Below are positions 11,697-23,844 of a DNA stretch of 64,000 nucleotides, in pieces. The stretch is from Mobula hypostoma (lineage: Eukaryota), in contig NC_086103.1 in NCBI RefSeq assembly GCF_963921235.1, positions 19,468,001 through 19,532,000 of the forward strand, read 5' to 3'. The translations under genes and the position numbers were made by a program. A model generated the notes under the pieces. It worked only from the letters and a program-made list of their open reading frames with translations. It did no database searches and was not told where the DNA came from. How positions within the stretch are numbered: position 1 is the stretch's first letter; every line of letters starts with the position of its first letter.

Positions 11697-13134
11697 AAAC
11701 AACACACATCAAAGTTGCTGGTGAACGCAGCAGGCCAGGCAGCATCTATAGGAAGAGGTGCAGTCGACGTTTCAGGCCGAGACCCTTCGTCAGGACTAAC
11801 TGAAGGAAGAGTGAGTAAGGGATTTAAAAGCTGGAGGGGGAGGGGGAGATGCAAAATGATAGGAGAAGACAGGAGGGGGAGGGATGGAGCCGAGAGCTGG
11901 ACAGGTGATAGGCAGAAGGGGATACGAGAGGATCATGGGACAGGAGGTCCGGGAAGAAAGATGGAGGGGGGGGGGTGACCCAGAGGATGGGCAAGAGGTA
12001 TATTCAGAGGGACAGAGGGAGAAAAAGGAGAGTGAGAGAAAGAATGTGTGCATAAAAAAGAGTAACAGATGGGGTACGAGGGGGAGGTGGGGCCTAGCGG
12101 AAGTTAGAGAAGTCAATGTTCATGCCATCAGGTTGGAGGCTACCCATACGGAATATAAGGTGTTGTTCCTCCAACCTGAGTGTGGCTTCATCTTTACAGT
12201 AGAGGAGGCCGTGGATAGACATGTCAGAATGGGAATGGGATGTGGAATTAAAATGTGTGGCCACTGGGAGATCCTGCTTTCTCTGGCGGACAGAGCGTAG
12301 ATGTTCAGCAAAGCGGTCTCCCAGTCTGCGTCGGGTCTCACCAATATATAAAAGGCCACATCGGGAGCACCGGACGCAGTATATCACCCCAGTCGACTCA
12401 CAGGTGAAGTGATGCCTCACCTGGAAGGACTGTTTGGGGCCCTGAATGGTGGTAAGGGAGGAAGTGTAAGGGCATGTGTAGCACTTGTTCCGCTTACACG
12501 GATAAGTGCCAGGAGGGAGATCAGTGGGGAGGGATGGGGGGGATGAATGGACAAGGGAGTTGTGTAGGGAGCGATCCCTGCGGAATGCAGAGAGAGGGGG
12601 GGAGGGAAAGATATGCTTAGTGGTGGGATCCCGTTGGAGGTGGCGGAAGTTACGGAGAATAATATGTTGGACCCAGAGGCTGGTGGGGTGGTAGGTGAGA
12701 GCCAGGGGAACCCTATTCCTAGTGGGGTGGTGGGAGGATGGAGTGAGAGCAGATGTACGTGAAATGGGGGAGATGCGTTTAAGAGCAGAGTTGATAGTGG
12801 AGGAAGGGAAGCCCCTTTCTTTAAAAAATGAAGACATCTCCCTCGTCCTAGAATGAAAAGCCTCATCCTGAGAGCAGATGCGGCGGAGACGGAGGAATTG
12901 TGAGAAGGGGATGGCGTTTTTGCAAGAGACAGGGTGAGAAGAGGAATAGTCCAGATAGCTGTGAGAGTCAGTAGGCTTATAGTAGACATCAGTGGATAAG
13001 CTGTCTCCAGAGACAGAGACAGAAAGATCTAGAAAGGGGAGGGAGGTGTCGGAAATGGACCAGGTAAACTTGAGGGCAGGGTGAAAGTTGGAGGCAAAGT
13101 TAATAAAGTCAACGAGTTCTGCATGCGTGCAGGA
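11697..13134 (-). mobile_element. Penelope-like element, 5'-truncated (RT C-terminus + GIY-YIG endonuclease)
   Basis: ORF 12094-13152 has YYKPTDSHSYL and GVIYCVRCSRCGLLYIGETRRRLGDRFAEH. TSD AG(C/A)AGAGATGGAAAAC at 11681-11696 and 13135-13150. Confidence 0.93.
11761..11798 (-). ncRNA. Minimal type I hammerhead ribozyme in the Penelope tail
   Basis: UAGUC-CUGACGA-AGG-GUCUCGG-CCU-GAAA-C-GUC-GACUG gives stem I AGUC/GACU, stem II AGG/CCU, the conserved core and a GUC triplet. Confidence 0.8.
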
Positions 13135-14012
13135 AGAAGAGATGGAAAACACTTTGGAGTCCAGTATTGCTATTAACTAATATTTATTTTAGTATCTATG
13201 CAATACAGTAATATAAATGTACATAAATCAAACAGGTTAGCAATGATTACATATATAAGTAAATATATCAGCAAGTGTGGAAATATATGTATGAAAAACC
13301 AAGCTTCTTTAAGTCTAGGGGTAAGAAGATACAGTCTTACGATGATGAGTAAAGTTCAGTTCAGTTCGTGGTATTGAGTTGAGTAGTGATGGAGAGAGAG
13401 AGAGAGGAAAAGATTTGAGTCTCCAGGTGAGCTGACGCCATCGATCTTCTCATTGTCCTTCAAAATCCTTTAAAAGTCAGTGAGGCTGGACACATGGAAA
13501 ACTCCCCACCAGTCAACCCTTTTCATTTTTCCACTGCAAGAGCGACTGATCGATCTGCCTGATCGATCCTCCAAAACCCACTTTTCCTGTGGGCACAACA
13601 ATGTTCATTCAGTGTCCAGAACATGTGTCTGAGGTCTATCATCTGACCTCCTATTTTATCTTCCCGTGCTGAGCATCAACTGTCATTCAAATAACTCCTC
13701 CTTCCTCTCTCTGTGAAAGAAATACAAGCAGGCAAAAGTCCTTGAGAAGTGTCAACAACCTGCCGAAAAACATAACATCGAGTGTCCATTAAATAACGCC
13801 CTCGGTCACCATAGCAACTTACGAGCTGCTCGGTGCTGTCTCCAACTCAGCAGAAATCCGAAAGTTAACCAGTTCCTTCTCGTGCCTTAAAGTGACAGTC
13901 CAATAGTTAGTCTTCGACACCCTCTCTCTTTTCAAAACAACAGGTCGGTGTTAAATAAATCTCTCTCTTTTCATAACCATAGTTCATAGGGGTAATTCAG
14001 GACCCCGTCACA

Positions 14013-14024
14013 CTCCGCTTCCTC
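14013..14024 (-). promoter_or_regulatory. Polypurine tract
   Basis: GAGGAAGCGGAG immediately before the 3' LTR. Confidence 0.7.
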
Positions 14025-17000
14025 AGGAAAAAAATTCTGACGAAGGCAAGAATTTTTTTTAGTCTAAATGTAAAGTACAGAGTTGGAAACAATACAGGTG
14101 AAATCATCAGGTGACAGAGCAAAAATGTGTACAATTTCCAACTTAATATCTGGATAACTAATCAGCTATAATATTGTCAGTACCTTTCCAATGTTTGATT
14201 TTTAAGTCACACTCTTGAAATATCAGACTCCAATTTAACAACCTTCTATTTTTATCCTTCATCTTAGTTAGAAATATCAACAGATTATAATCCATGTAAA
14301 CCACAAGTGGTCTCTGGGCAACAGAAAGATTTCAAGGTCTCTGTACATAGACCTTATGATGTTGTAATGCCAGAATAAGTGCTAGTAATTCCTTTTCAAC
14401 AGTTGAATAATTTTTCTGGTGTACATTAAAGTTCTTTGAGAAATAAGCTACTGGATGTTCAATGTCATTCACTCCTTCCTGTAACAGTACGGCCCCAGCA
14501 ACTTTGTCACTAGCGTCTATTGCTATAGAAAATGGCTTTGAAAAATCAAGAGCTTTGAGCACAAGATTATAACAAAGGATGGTTTTCAGATGTTCAAATG
14601 CCTACTGGCAAAGGTCATTCTATACAAGTTTTTCACCCTTCCCCAGGAGTTTTGTTAGGGGGAGAGCGATGTCAGCAAAGTTCTTACACAACTTACAATA
14701 ATACCCAACCATTTCTAAAAACCTTCTTAAAGCTTCCTTGCAGGCCAGAACAGGAACTTCAGCAATAGCTTGAACTTTGGTCTGTACAGGAGCCAGTTGG
14801 CCTTGGCCCTCCACATAACCCAGATATGTAACTGTGACATGGCCAAACTCACTTTTAGTGAGGTTCACAGTAAGATTGGCCTTGGAAAGTCTGTCAAACA
14901 GTTTTTCTACCGCTGCAATATGCTCTTCCCATGTGTCATTCCAGACCACTAAATCATTGATATAAGTCCCTGTGCTTTCTAAACCTCCAATCACAGAATT
15001 GATCATTCCTTGAAATGTCTCTGGAGCATTTTTCATCCCGAAGTATAAAACATTGTACTCATACAGTCTAGACGGTGTCACAAATGCTGATATCTCTTTA
15101 GCCCTCTCTGTTAAAGGAACACCCCAGTATCCTTTTAACAAGTCAATCTTAATAAGGTATTTAGCCTTCTCCACTCTATCAATACAGTCATCCATTCTCT
15201 TTCCTTGTTCTTTCTTGTTTCTAATTCCTTCTTCAACCCTTTTACTTTTTTCAAAGTTCATTCTATGAAGATGCCGTTTCATAGGCTGGGCTGAATTTAT
15301 GAAGTGATGCACTGCACTTGTGCCCCATTTCAAAATGCCAATTAGTCCTTTCATTTGCTTTTGCAACCTAGGGTCCAACTGATGGACCTTATCAGTAGTA
15401 TTTTCCAAAACAATGGAATTCTGACATTTTGGTGAGACTAGATTCAGTGGGTAAACATGTTTTTCCACTCCATTATCAGATTCCATGACTCCATTTTGTT
15501 CCATAACAATTCTCCCAGCTGCAATTCTAGCAAACAAGTGTCTTATTTTGATTCGACCATCTTGTAAACTTCCCTTTGCAAGGACACAAAGCTTATTAAA
15601 TCTCTTCCAGAGTTACCTGAGTAGGGTCAAAGGTCCTTTTAGCCTGTAACTGAATACAAGTTCCAACAAACTACCCTTCACTGTCTTCTGAATTGAATCT
15701 CCAACAATAAATAAGAGGAGGGGAACCCCCTCATCCCAATTTTTTCCAATTTCTCACACAATATGTTTTAATCATGGTCTTCAGAGTTGAGTTGAGCCAT
15801 TCCAAGCTTCCCTTGGACTCTGTGTGATATGTAGATGACACCATGTGTTTAGCTTCCACTTCTCTAACTATCTCCTGGAATGTTCTCGAAGTAAAGTTAC
15901 TGCCCCGGTCAAATTGAATTCCTTTGGGTAGATCTACCAGTGTGTAAAACTTACTGAATGCTGTTACCACAGTCTTGGCTTCCGTGTTTTCAAAAGACAT
16001 TGCTTCAGGGGACCTAGACACAGCACACACAATTGTTAACACATACTGATAACCAGCTGCCGTCTTTTGCAACGGGCCTACACAATCCACTATGATCCTA
16101 GGAAAAAGTTCTCTAAGAGCAGATATTGGTTTAAGTAGTGTTACCTAAATAACCTGATTAGATTTCTCCTCAACTTGACAGGTATGGCAAGTCCTGTTAC
16201 AATTCACAACATCCTTTCTTAAACTAGGCCAGTAAAATTCCTTCGTAATCCTGTTCACTGTCTTTCTCACTCCATGCAGTCCACCTAAAGGCATACTGTG
16301 AGCCATGTTTAAAATTTCAGCCCTGTAAACTTTCAAAACCACCATGTGACTTGTAGGCACAGTGGCTGGTCTCCACTTCCTAACACCCCATCTTTAAGGT
16401 AATGTCCCACTGATGCTCTCTGAACCTTCTGTCCTGTGAGAGCTATCTCCCTTAAAGCCACCATTCCAGAATCTCGCTTCTGTTCCTCTATAAATTCTTT
16501 CCTCAATAATGACAAATCTTTCTCATACACCTTACTTTCCTCAGCCTTACTACCCTCTAAAGTCCTGCTGAAATCTGAAAGGTAGAAAAGTCTGTGACAC
16601 ATCATCATAATTTAAACCTCTGGTCTTGCTATCATAGGCCTCAACAGCAGCTTTGCTCATCAGCTGAACAGCCATTCAACCTTATCTTGGAGAGGTGTCA
16701 ACATGCCTCCATTGTTTACTAAACTCAGCACCATCATCAGGCTTATGAGAACCATGTATACATTATGGAAGAGACCAAACAATCCACCCATCTGATTATG
16801 ACCTTCACTTTGACTTGCTTCCATAACATCACCCTGAATAACAGCATGACCTTGCAGGTGTTCAAATGTCCAAACAAAATTCCACAGAGTAGCACATCCT
16901 TGCTCAGCAGGCCTTTGTCCTGCGAGCAGGGTCAAAGGTCGCGCAACCAATCCAACCTTTTCCAGCATTTCATCCAAAAATCCAGGAAGAGCACTTTTCC

Positions 17001-18067
17001 CATTATTTTCATTAACACTGACCTCATCAATTTCCACTTCTTCACCAACTTTTAAAACAAAGTCTAATACAAGTGACTGAGAATCCTCACATTCCACTGG
17101 TACCAAGGTTAACCCCTTATTCACTGAACCAAGACCCTCTGGGCACAAAAAAAATGCATTCCTTTCCACCCAAGCCAGGCACCTCAGACTTCAACTGAGC
17201 CTTAGCACGAGGTTCAGAATCCTGTGAAATCACAGGTACTTCAACAACCTGAACACATTCAGTCGGAACAGCTGCCTTGTCTGGGCTGTCATCACTTGTT
17301 CCAGTTTCAAATTCAAGGTCACCCCGAACCTCCCAGCTATTCTCTGGCAAACTCTCATCTGGAGTAAACTCAATCTCGTGGGTTAAAACTTCTTCGTCTC
17401 CTTTCTTATCAAACCCCTGCAGAGTAGTGGCATCCTCTGCATCTGGGTATGCCCTTATATCATCAAGAACACAACTTTTCAATTCATCACACAAAACAAG
17501 CCCTTCTGTGCTGTAAAAATCATTAGGGTCCGACACTAAATCTCTTTGATGCAACCTCTCCCTTTTAAACTATCTCTGCCTTTCTGCCACGTGATCTTCA
17601 CGTTGCCATTTCTCCCTTTCGAGCTGTCTTTCTCTTTCTGCCTCTTCTCTCCGTTTTGCTGCCTCTGCTCTCTATTTTGCTGCCTTTCTAGCCTCTCTCT
17701 TGAGTTGTTTTAATTTCAATTCATGCTCCATTCTTAATTTTTCCAACTGAAGCTGAAGCTCATCCTCAGCAGATTCACCTTCCACGAACAACTCTAACGC
17801 CTCCTCATCAAAAGTTCCCTTATCTATATAATGCTGGGTTGTTACCGTCTGCATCTGAGCTCTCTTCATTTTAGTGGTCACCTTTAGTTTTACCTTTTGA
17901 GCGATTGCCAACAGCAGAACCATCGTAGCATCATCCAACGCTTCCGGGGTTGGTTCCAACAGGAACTCCTCAACACTAACATCCACTTCTGCTGTATTTC
18001 CACACAACCAAATCAAAAGGGATTTTCCCTAATCAACTCAAACAAGCCTCCCACCCAATTTGTTCAT

Positions 18068-18086
18068 ATCACGGACGCAGGCCCCA
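18068..18086 (-). promoter_or_regulatory. Primer binding site, tRNA-Pro-like
   Basis: TGGGGCCTGCGTCCGTGAT starts 4 nt inside the 5' LTR and resembles the tRNA-Pro PBS TGGGGGCTCGTCCGGGAT. Confidence 0.55.
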
Positions 18087-18090
18087 ATTT

Positions 18091-19060
18091 TGTCACGAAC
18101 CCCGTGACGGGAATAAAGAACCAGAAGAGATGGAAAACACTTTGGAGTCCAGTATTGCTATTAACTAATAATATTTATTAGTAACTATGCAATACAGTAA
18201 TATAAATGTGGATAAATCAAACAGGTTAGCAATGATTATATATAAGTAAGTATATCAGTAAGTGTGGAAATATATGTATGAAAAACCAAGCTTCTTTAAG
18301 ACTAGGGGTAAAAAGATACAGTCTTACGACGATGAGTAAAATTCAGTTCAGTTCAGTTGGTGGTATTGAGTTGAATAGTGATGGAGAGAGAGAGAGGGAG
18401 AGATTTGAGTCTTCAGGTGAGGTGACGCCATTGATCTTCTCGTCCTTCAAAATCCTTTAAAAGTCACCGACTGTGACTTTAACAGAAGGGACCAGTTTTC
18501 TGTGGTGGAGCTATCCTCCAGGCAAGGGTGGACACATGGACAACTCCCAACCAATCAACCCTTTTCCTCTTTCCACTGCAAGAGCAACTGATTGATCCGC
18601 CTGATTGATCCTCCAAAACCCACATTTTCTGCGGGCACAACAATGTTCATTCAGTGTCCAGAATATGTGTCTGAGGTCTATCATCTGACCTCCTATTTTA
18701 TCTTCCCGTGCTGAGCATCAACTGTCATTCAAATAACTCCTCCTTCCTCTCTCTGTGAAAGAAATACAAGCAGGCAAAAGTCCTTGAGAAGTGTCAACAA
18801 CCTGCCAAAAATCATAACATCGAGTCGCCATTAAATAACGCCCTCGGTCACCATAGCAACTTATGAGCTGCTCAGTCCTGTCTCCAACTCAGCAGAAATC
18901 CAAAAGTTAACCAGTTCTTTCTCGTACCTTAAAGTGACAGTCCAACAGTTAGCCTTCATCTCTCTCTCTCTTTTCAAAACAACAGGTCGGTGTTAAATAA
19001 CTCTCTCTCTCTCTCTTTTCAAAAGCACAGTTCATAGGGTTAATTCAGGACCCCATCACA
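18091..19060 (-). repeat. 5' LTR of the Gmr1-type element (970 bp)
   Basis: tgtcacgaacccc...ggaccccatcaca, homologous to 11649-14012. Confidence 0.92.
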
Positions 19061-19494
19061 AAACTGACCCACCAAGACCCTGATGGTTGAACCACCATAC
19101 CCCAGCATCATGATATGACCATGTGCGTGTTAGTAACACCCCTGGATGAGCCAGAGAACCTGGCGATTACTTCAACCAAGGCACATACGACCCAAATCAT
19201 GTGGTTTGTACAACCTCCAGACAGACTCACAATGATGGTTTTGGTGAGTTTGGGGAGCCCTTGTAGGGTAATGGCTGACAGATGACACATATTGTTCATA
19301 ATATAGGCTGTCCTACATAATTCACAAACACTGTCATTGAGTAGTTGTGTTCACTTCAAGAGACGGTGTCTGATATAATGACATCAGTGTAAAGTGACTG
19401 TGCTTGGTTTGTTCATAATGGAAGTAAAGGGTTGTTGCTTTTGTTAAGCATGTAAAATGAATCTCGCATGTTTTATTCACAAAATCCACACACA

Positions 19495-20180
19495 CTAGGG
19501 AGTCTTACATTAGTTGTATGAAAATTGTTGAAGAATCTTGTTAGGGACAGGGAGTTCTCTCATCTGGACAACCAGATGGCAGGAATAGTCAGCATGTCTT
19601 GTGTGGGGGCATCCTGTCCTACCAACCTGATCGACTTTTTTTGAGGAGATGACAATGATGATTAGTGAGGATAGGACAGTGAATGTTGTATACATGGACA
19701 TGGTAAAACTTTCAACATGATCCCCAGTGACCAACTGATACAGAACATAAAGCCACATAGGATCAATACAGACTTGGTAGATTGGATTCCAAATCAGCTC
19801 GGCTATAGTAGACAAAGGGAAGTGCTAAATTGGTGTTAGTTTGACGGGAGGTCTGCGACCAGTAGTGTACCAAAATGATCATTGATGTAGGCCAATGATT
19901 TGGAGAAAAATGCAAGTATTTTGATCAGTAGTTTTGCAGATGACATAAAATTTGGCAGAATTGAGGATAATGAGTAAGATCGACAAAGAATTCAGTAGTT
20001 TATAGATCAGTTATAAATTGGGACAATGCAATACCAGATGGAATATAATCCAAAAAAATATGATGTGTTGACCTTTAGGAGAGATTGGTAGGGGCCTGGA
20101 ATTTGCTGCCAGGGAACGTAGTAGAAGCAGATACAGGGACAACATTTAAGAGGTGTTTAAACATTGGCATGGACAACTTG
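19495..20180 (+). mobile_element. Old CR1 RT fragment (paralogous copy at about 43605-44290)
   Basis: Degenerate VNVVYMD...WIPNQL region that shares decay marks with the 43.6-44.3 kb copy. Confidence 0.7.
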
Positions 20181-20409
20181 GGAAAAGCATGTTCCTGTGC
20201 TGTCCAGTTCACATTCCAAGGAGAAAAGTTCCCCAATATAAAACATATTTATAATCCAGAACAACACTGTGATGGTTCCTCCAAACCCGATGTTTTTTAG
20301 AGATTGTAGTTTTTTTTTAATCAATTTTCAAACACAAACAAGTGAACACCACCAAGAGCCTGTCCTGATCCAACCTTAAGGATGCCATAAACAGGAAATC
20401 TCATTAATA

Positions 20410-20990
20410 CTTATATTTCCTGAGGGAGCAAGAGAAGTTTGACTTGTCCCCATTGACCCTCAGCAACTTTTATTGATACACCATGGGAATCATCCAATCT
20501 GGATGTATCACACTTTGGTCTGGCAACTGCTCTGCACTTGGCCACAAGAAAATGCAGAGCTCTATACATAGCCCAGTGCAGTGTGGAAACCAGCATCACC
20601 TCCATGGGCTCCATCTATACTTCCTGCTGCCACAGTAAAGCGGCCAACATAATCAATAACCCATCCTCCTCAGGAATTCTCTACCATTGGACAGAATGTA
20701 CATTGTACTGAAAGCATGTATCGCCAGGCTCTACAACAGCTTCTGTCTCACTGTTATAATAATGTTGATCAGCTCTCTAGTATGATCAGATGGACTCTTT
20801 ATCTGGCAGTTGAACTTGTTTTGCTGTTGCACCTAAATGCCTGCCCGCACTGCACTTTCTCTGCCACTGCTGCAGTTTATTCTACATTCTGTTTCTGTTT
20901 CCCCAGGTACGACCGAGACACACAGGGTAATGAATTGGTCTATATGAATAGCATGTAAGACAAGATTTCCACTGCACTTGCGACAATGAT
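20410..20990 (+). mobile_element. Old Rex1/Babar-type 3' fragment
   Basis: Degenerate YFLRxxxKF..TLSNFY..CITxWSGNCS region. Confidence 0.55.
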
Positions 20991-21858
20991 AAACCAACAC
21001 CAATAAAAAGCACTATTGACTGAGGAGTATCTTCAGTAAATAACTCTGTATCAGAAAACAGTAACTTTGCAAAAGTTCCATATTTTTGACACTTTCAGAT
21101 ATTTCTCTCTTTTCAATTTCTTTGAAATAGATGAATAATATGTTATGGAATACTAAGATTTCACAAACTGGGAGACAAGTTGGACAACTGTTCAGATCCT
21201 GGTAAAGTTCGTGAGATATTGTTTTAGTCTGGAAACTGAAAACATATTTATGCAGACTGTAAGGTGCAGAGTTGTGGACATAAAGACCACATTTACTATC
21301 TGAATAACTAGCGCATGACTTCGAGAAATAGGTTATAATTTAAGGAATTGAAGTAGCAGCAGGCTATTCGGCCCATCGTGTCTGCACTATCGGTATTTAA
21401 GATTATTCTGACCTGCTTCCTCAGCACCACTTTCTTCTACTGACCTCATGTCCCATATTTGCTTGAACATCCAAAACGTTATTGATTCTTGTACTAGGTA
21501 TAATAAAAAAAAGATTTTTCTTCTCTTATCTTTGCCTGACTCCAGACACCCAAGAATTCTGTATGTTTGAATAGGATCATCTTGCACTCTTTCAACCGCT
21601 GAATATTCAGATCCAGTCCACTTCACCTGTTCTTGCTGAACAATATCCACAGCACCTCAATCATTGGAATATCTTTGGTGCACATCTCCATGTTATAACC
21701 AAACCATCTGCATTATTTTGTTTTAGCTTCTTGTGTACAACTTTACTGAAGGAACATCTAAAAGTCCAGACAGACCACATCCAGAGTCCCACTTGATATG
21801 TACAAGAACCTAAAATGCAGAAAACATCCGTGAGTAATCAGTGAGCTAAAGTACTTAC

Positions 21859-21874
21859 TTTGGGTGAAACCAGA
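21859..21874 (-). other. Candidate 16-nt micro-exon, copy B
   Basis: tttatttgtttcgttccttcag|TCTGGTTTCACCCAAA|gtaagt. Confidence 0.45.
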
Positions 21875-23099
21875 CTGAAGGAACGAAACAAATAAACTGA
21901 ATATCAGAAGAGAAAGCATTCTGCTGCAGCCAGTTTAAAACCTCCTTTCACAGATTCTATCCCTTTCCCTGTCAGAGTGAAACAAATAGTGAAACATGTA
22001 GATCCAGTCTTCTGAAACAACCTGAAGTCAATCTGAAGCAGATATAGTCAATGTTTTTAACACCTCGGAGTCTGAACGAAACAAAGGCTGTGTATTTGCT
22101 CATTCCAGTAACTGTTCACAGACACACCTTCTTCCTGTCACAATATAGACAAAGATTACTTTTTTCATTTCCAAGGGAAATTACAACATTTTTTGGTTCC
22201 CCTTTCAGTTGTAAGAGTACTAAATAACAGCACACTTGTTAAAATTGTCCCAAAATCTTATAATTTGCACTGATCAGGAACTAATCAAATTGTTGTAACT
22301 GAGAATATGAAATCAGAGAAATTATTATGTTCTTATGTCTGTCCCATGTGATGATCACGTCTGCACGGTAACATCATGTAGTAGAATGAGTATCAACAAA
22401 TCCGAGCAAACACCTGCTGACAGTCAACATTATCAGAAAATCTAATGAACCAGCCAAATGGCAAATGGACCAGATCAGAGCAGGATGTTGTGAGGAGGTG
22501 GGCAGTGAGGTCTCATGCTTCTCTTATTCTCTGACATTGACAGTGTATATGAGAGATATAAAGTAATGTTCTCTAATTGAATGGAAATGTGAGGCTCTAA
22601 CAACAAAAGACACTCACTGATATCCAGAATAGATTGGCCGCCGGGAAGAGATGCCTATTGATGCTCTGAGATACTGATTCCTTTCTCTGTTGGTTCACTG
22701 TAGACTTATGGTCCCACCATAAATAAGATGATATGGCAACAGTGTCACCTGGTTTCTCCAACAGCACCCTGGAATCCAGCATTCTCCACTGACATGAAAG
22801 CAATAAGGAAAGCAAGGAACAGCAAGATCTTCATCTCTTTCATGGACTAGATGAGCTGAATTGCGGGTGAAGAGGGACAAAGGCAAGACACTTGCTGAGG
22901 ACAGAACGTTCTGCCTCAGAGAGGGGAAGATCAGAAGGAATGGTGAAGGCACAGCAGGGATTAGAGCTGGGATTGGAAAAGGAGAGGAGAGTTAGTACTG
23001 CCAGAGGAAGGGAGAGGGTTTGGGTGTTCAGGGAAAGTGGAGTTGCAGGAAGATGGAGGCTCTGAGGATGATAAAGTGACGGTGGTGCCTGAGAAGCCA

Positions 23100-23565
23100 G
23101 GGGTCATCAGTCCATGGCCTGGTCTTGTTCCACGATGAGGCCACCCTCAGCATGGAGGAGCAATGCCTTATATTCCATCTAGATTGTCTCTCCAACCTGA
23201 TGTCGGTAATATAGATTTCTCCTCCCAGCAAAAAAAGTTCCATCCCTCTCCCCTCCTCTTCTATTCCGGACTCTGGCCTCTTTCCACTACTCAACTGTGT
23301 CTCACCACCCCCTGGTGTCACACCAAATTCCCTTTCTCCAATGGTCCTCTCTGCTCTCTGATTCCTTCCTCTCCAGACTTACCTTTCTTACCTTCCTGAC
23401 TTCACCTATCAGCTTCTAGCTATTCTCCTTCCCCACCCCCACCATCTTTTTATTCTGGCATCATTCCCCTTCCTTTCCAGTCCCAAAGAAGGATCTCAGA
23501 ACTAAACGTTGACTGTTTGTTCATTTCCATGGATGCTGCCTGGGCTGCCGAGTTCCAGCATCTGT
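23100..23565 (+). mobile_element. Old Penelope 3' fragment
   Basis: Degenerate DEATLxMEEQxLIF motif, pyrimidine-rich UTR and gatgctgcctgg tail. Confidence 0.65.
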
Positions 23566-23844
23566 ATAATTTCTGTGCAAAAGTCGTAGGCGTATATATG
23601 AAATGTAAGGGTGCCTAAGACTTTTACACAACACTGTATTTGTCAATATGGAGAGGAGAGAGAGTTTGTAAGTATGGCAGGGACAAAGGATATTGGAAAT
23701 ACCGAGGGTGTGGCGCTGCAGGAAGGGCGTGGGACAGGTGGCAGAGAAGAAGTGTCAGGTTTGGGGGATGGCACGGGTGCAGACACTTGTCTTGAGACAT
23801 CAGGCAAGGCCATTTGATTCCAAACAATTGGTTTATTGATCATT

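Larger units (their letters stand above)
11649..14012 (-). repeat. 3' LTR of the Gmr1-type element, interrupted by a Penelope insertion
   Basis: tgttacgaacccc...(Penelope 11697-13134)...ggaccccgtcaca. It has an internal deletion of about 55 bp relative to the other LTR. Confidence 0.9.
11649..19060 (-). mobile_element. Full-length Gmr1-type Ty3/Gypsy LTR retrotransposon (gag-PR-INT-RT-RH), decayed
   Basis: Paired LTRs with TG...CA ends and a 4-bp TSD AAAC (11645-11648 and 19061-19064). Gag 17672-18016, INT zinc finger 16145-16360, INT core 15731-16090, RT 14620-15537, RNase H 14332-14562. Confidence 0.92.

Noticed and set aside
22617-22785. Open exon-like segment ending FWIS|GTGAGT upstream of micro-exon copy B
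   Set aside because: Phase 0 would fit the micro-exon, but there is no properly placed ATG for a signal peptide and no homologue near copy A.
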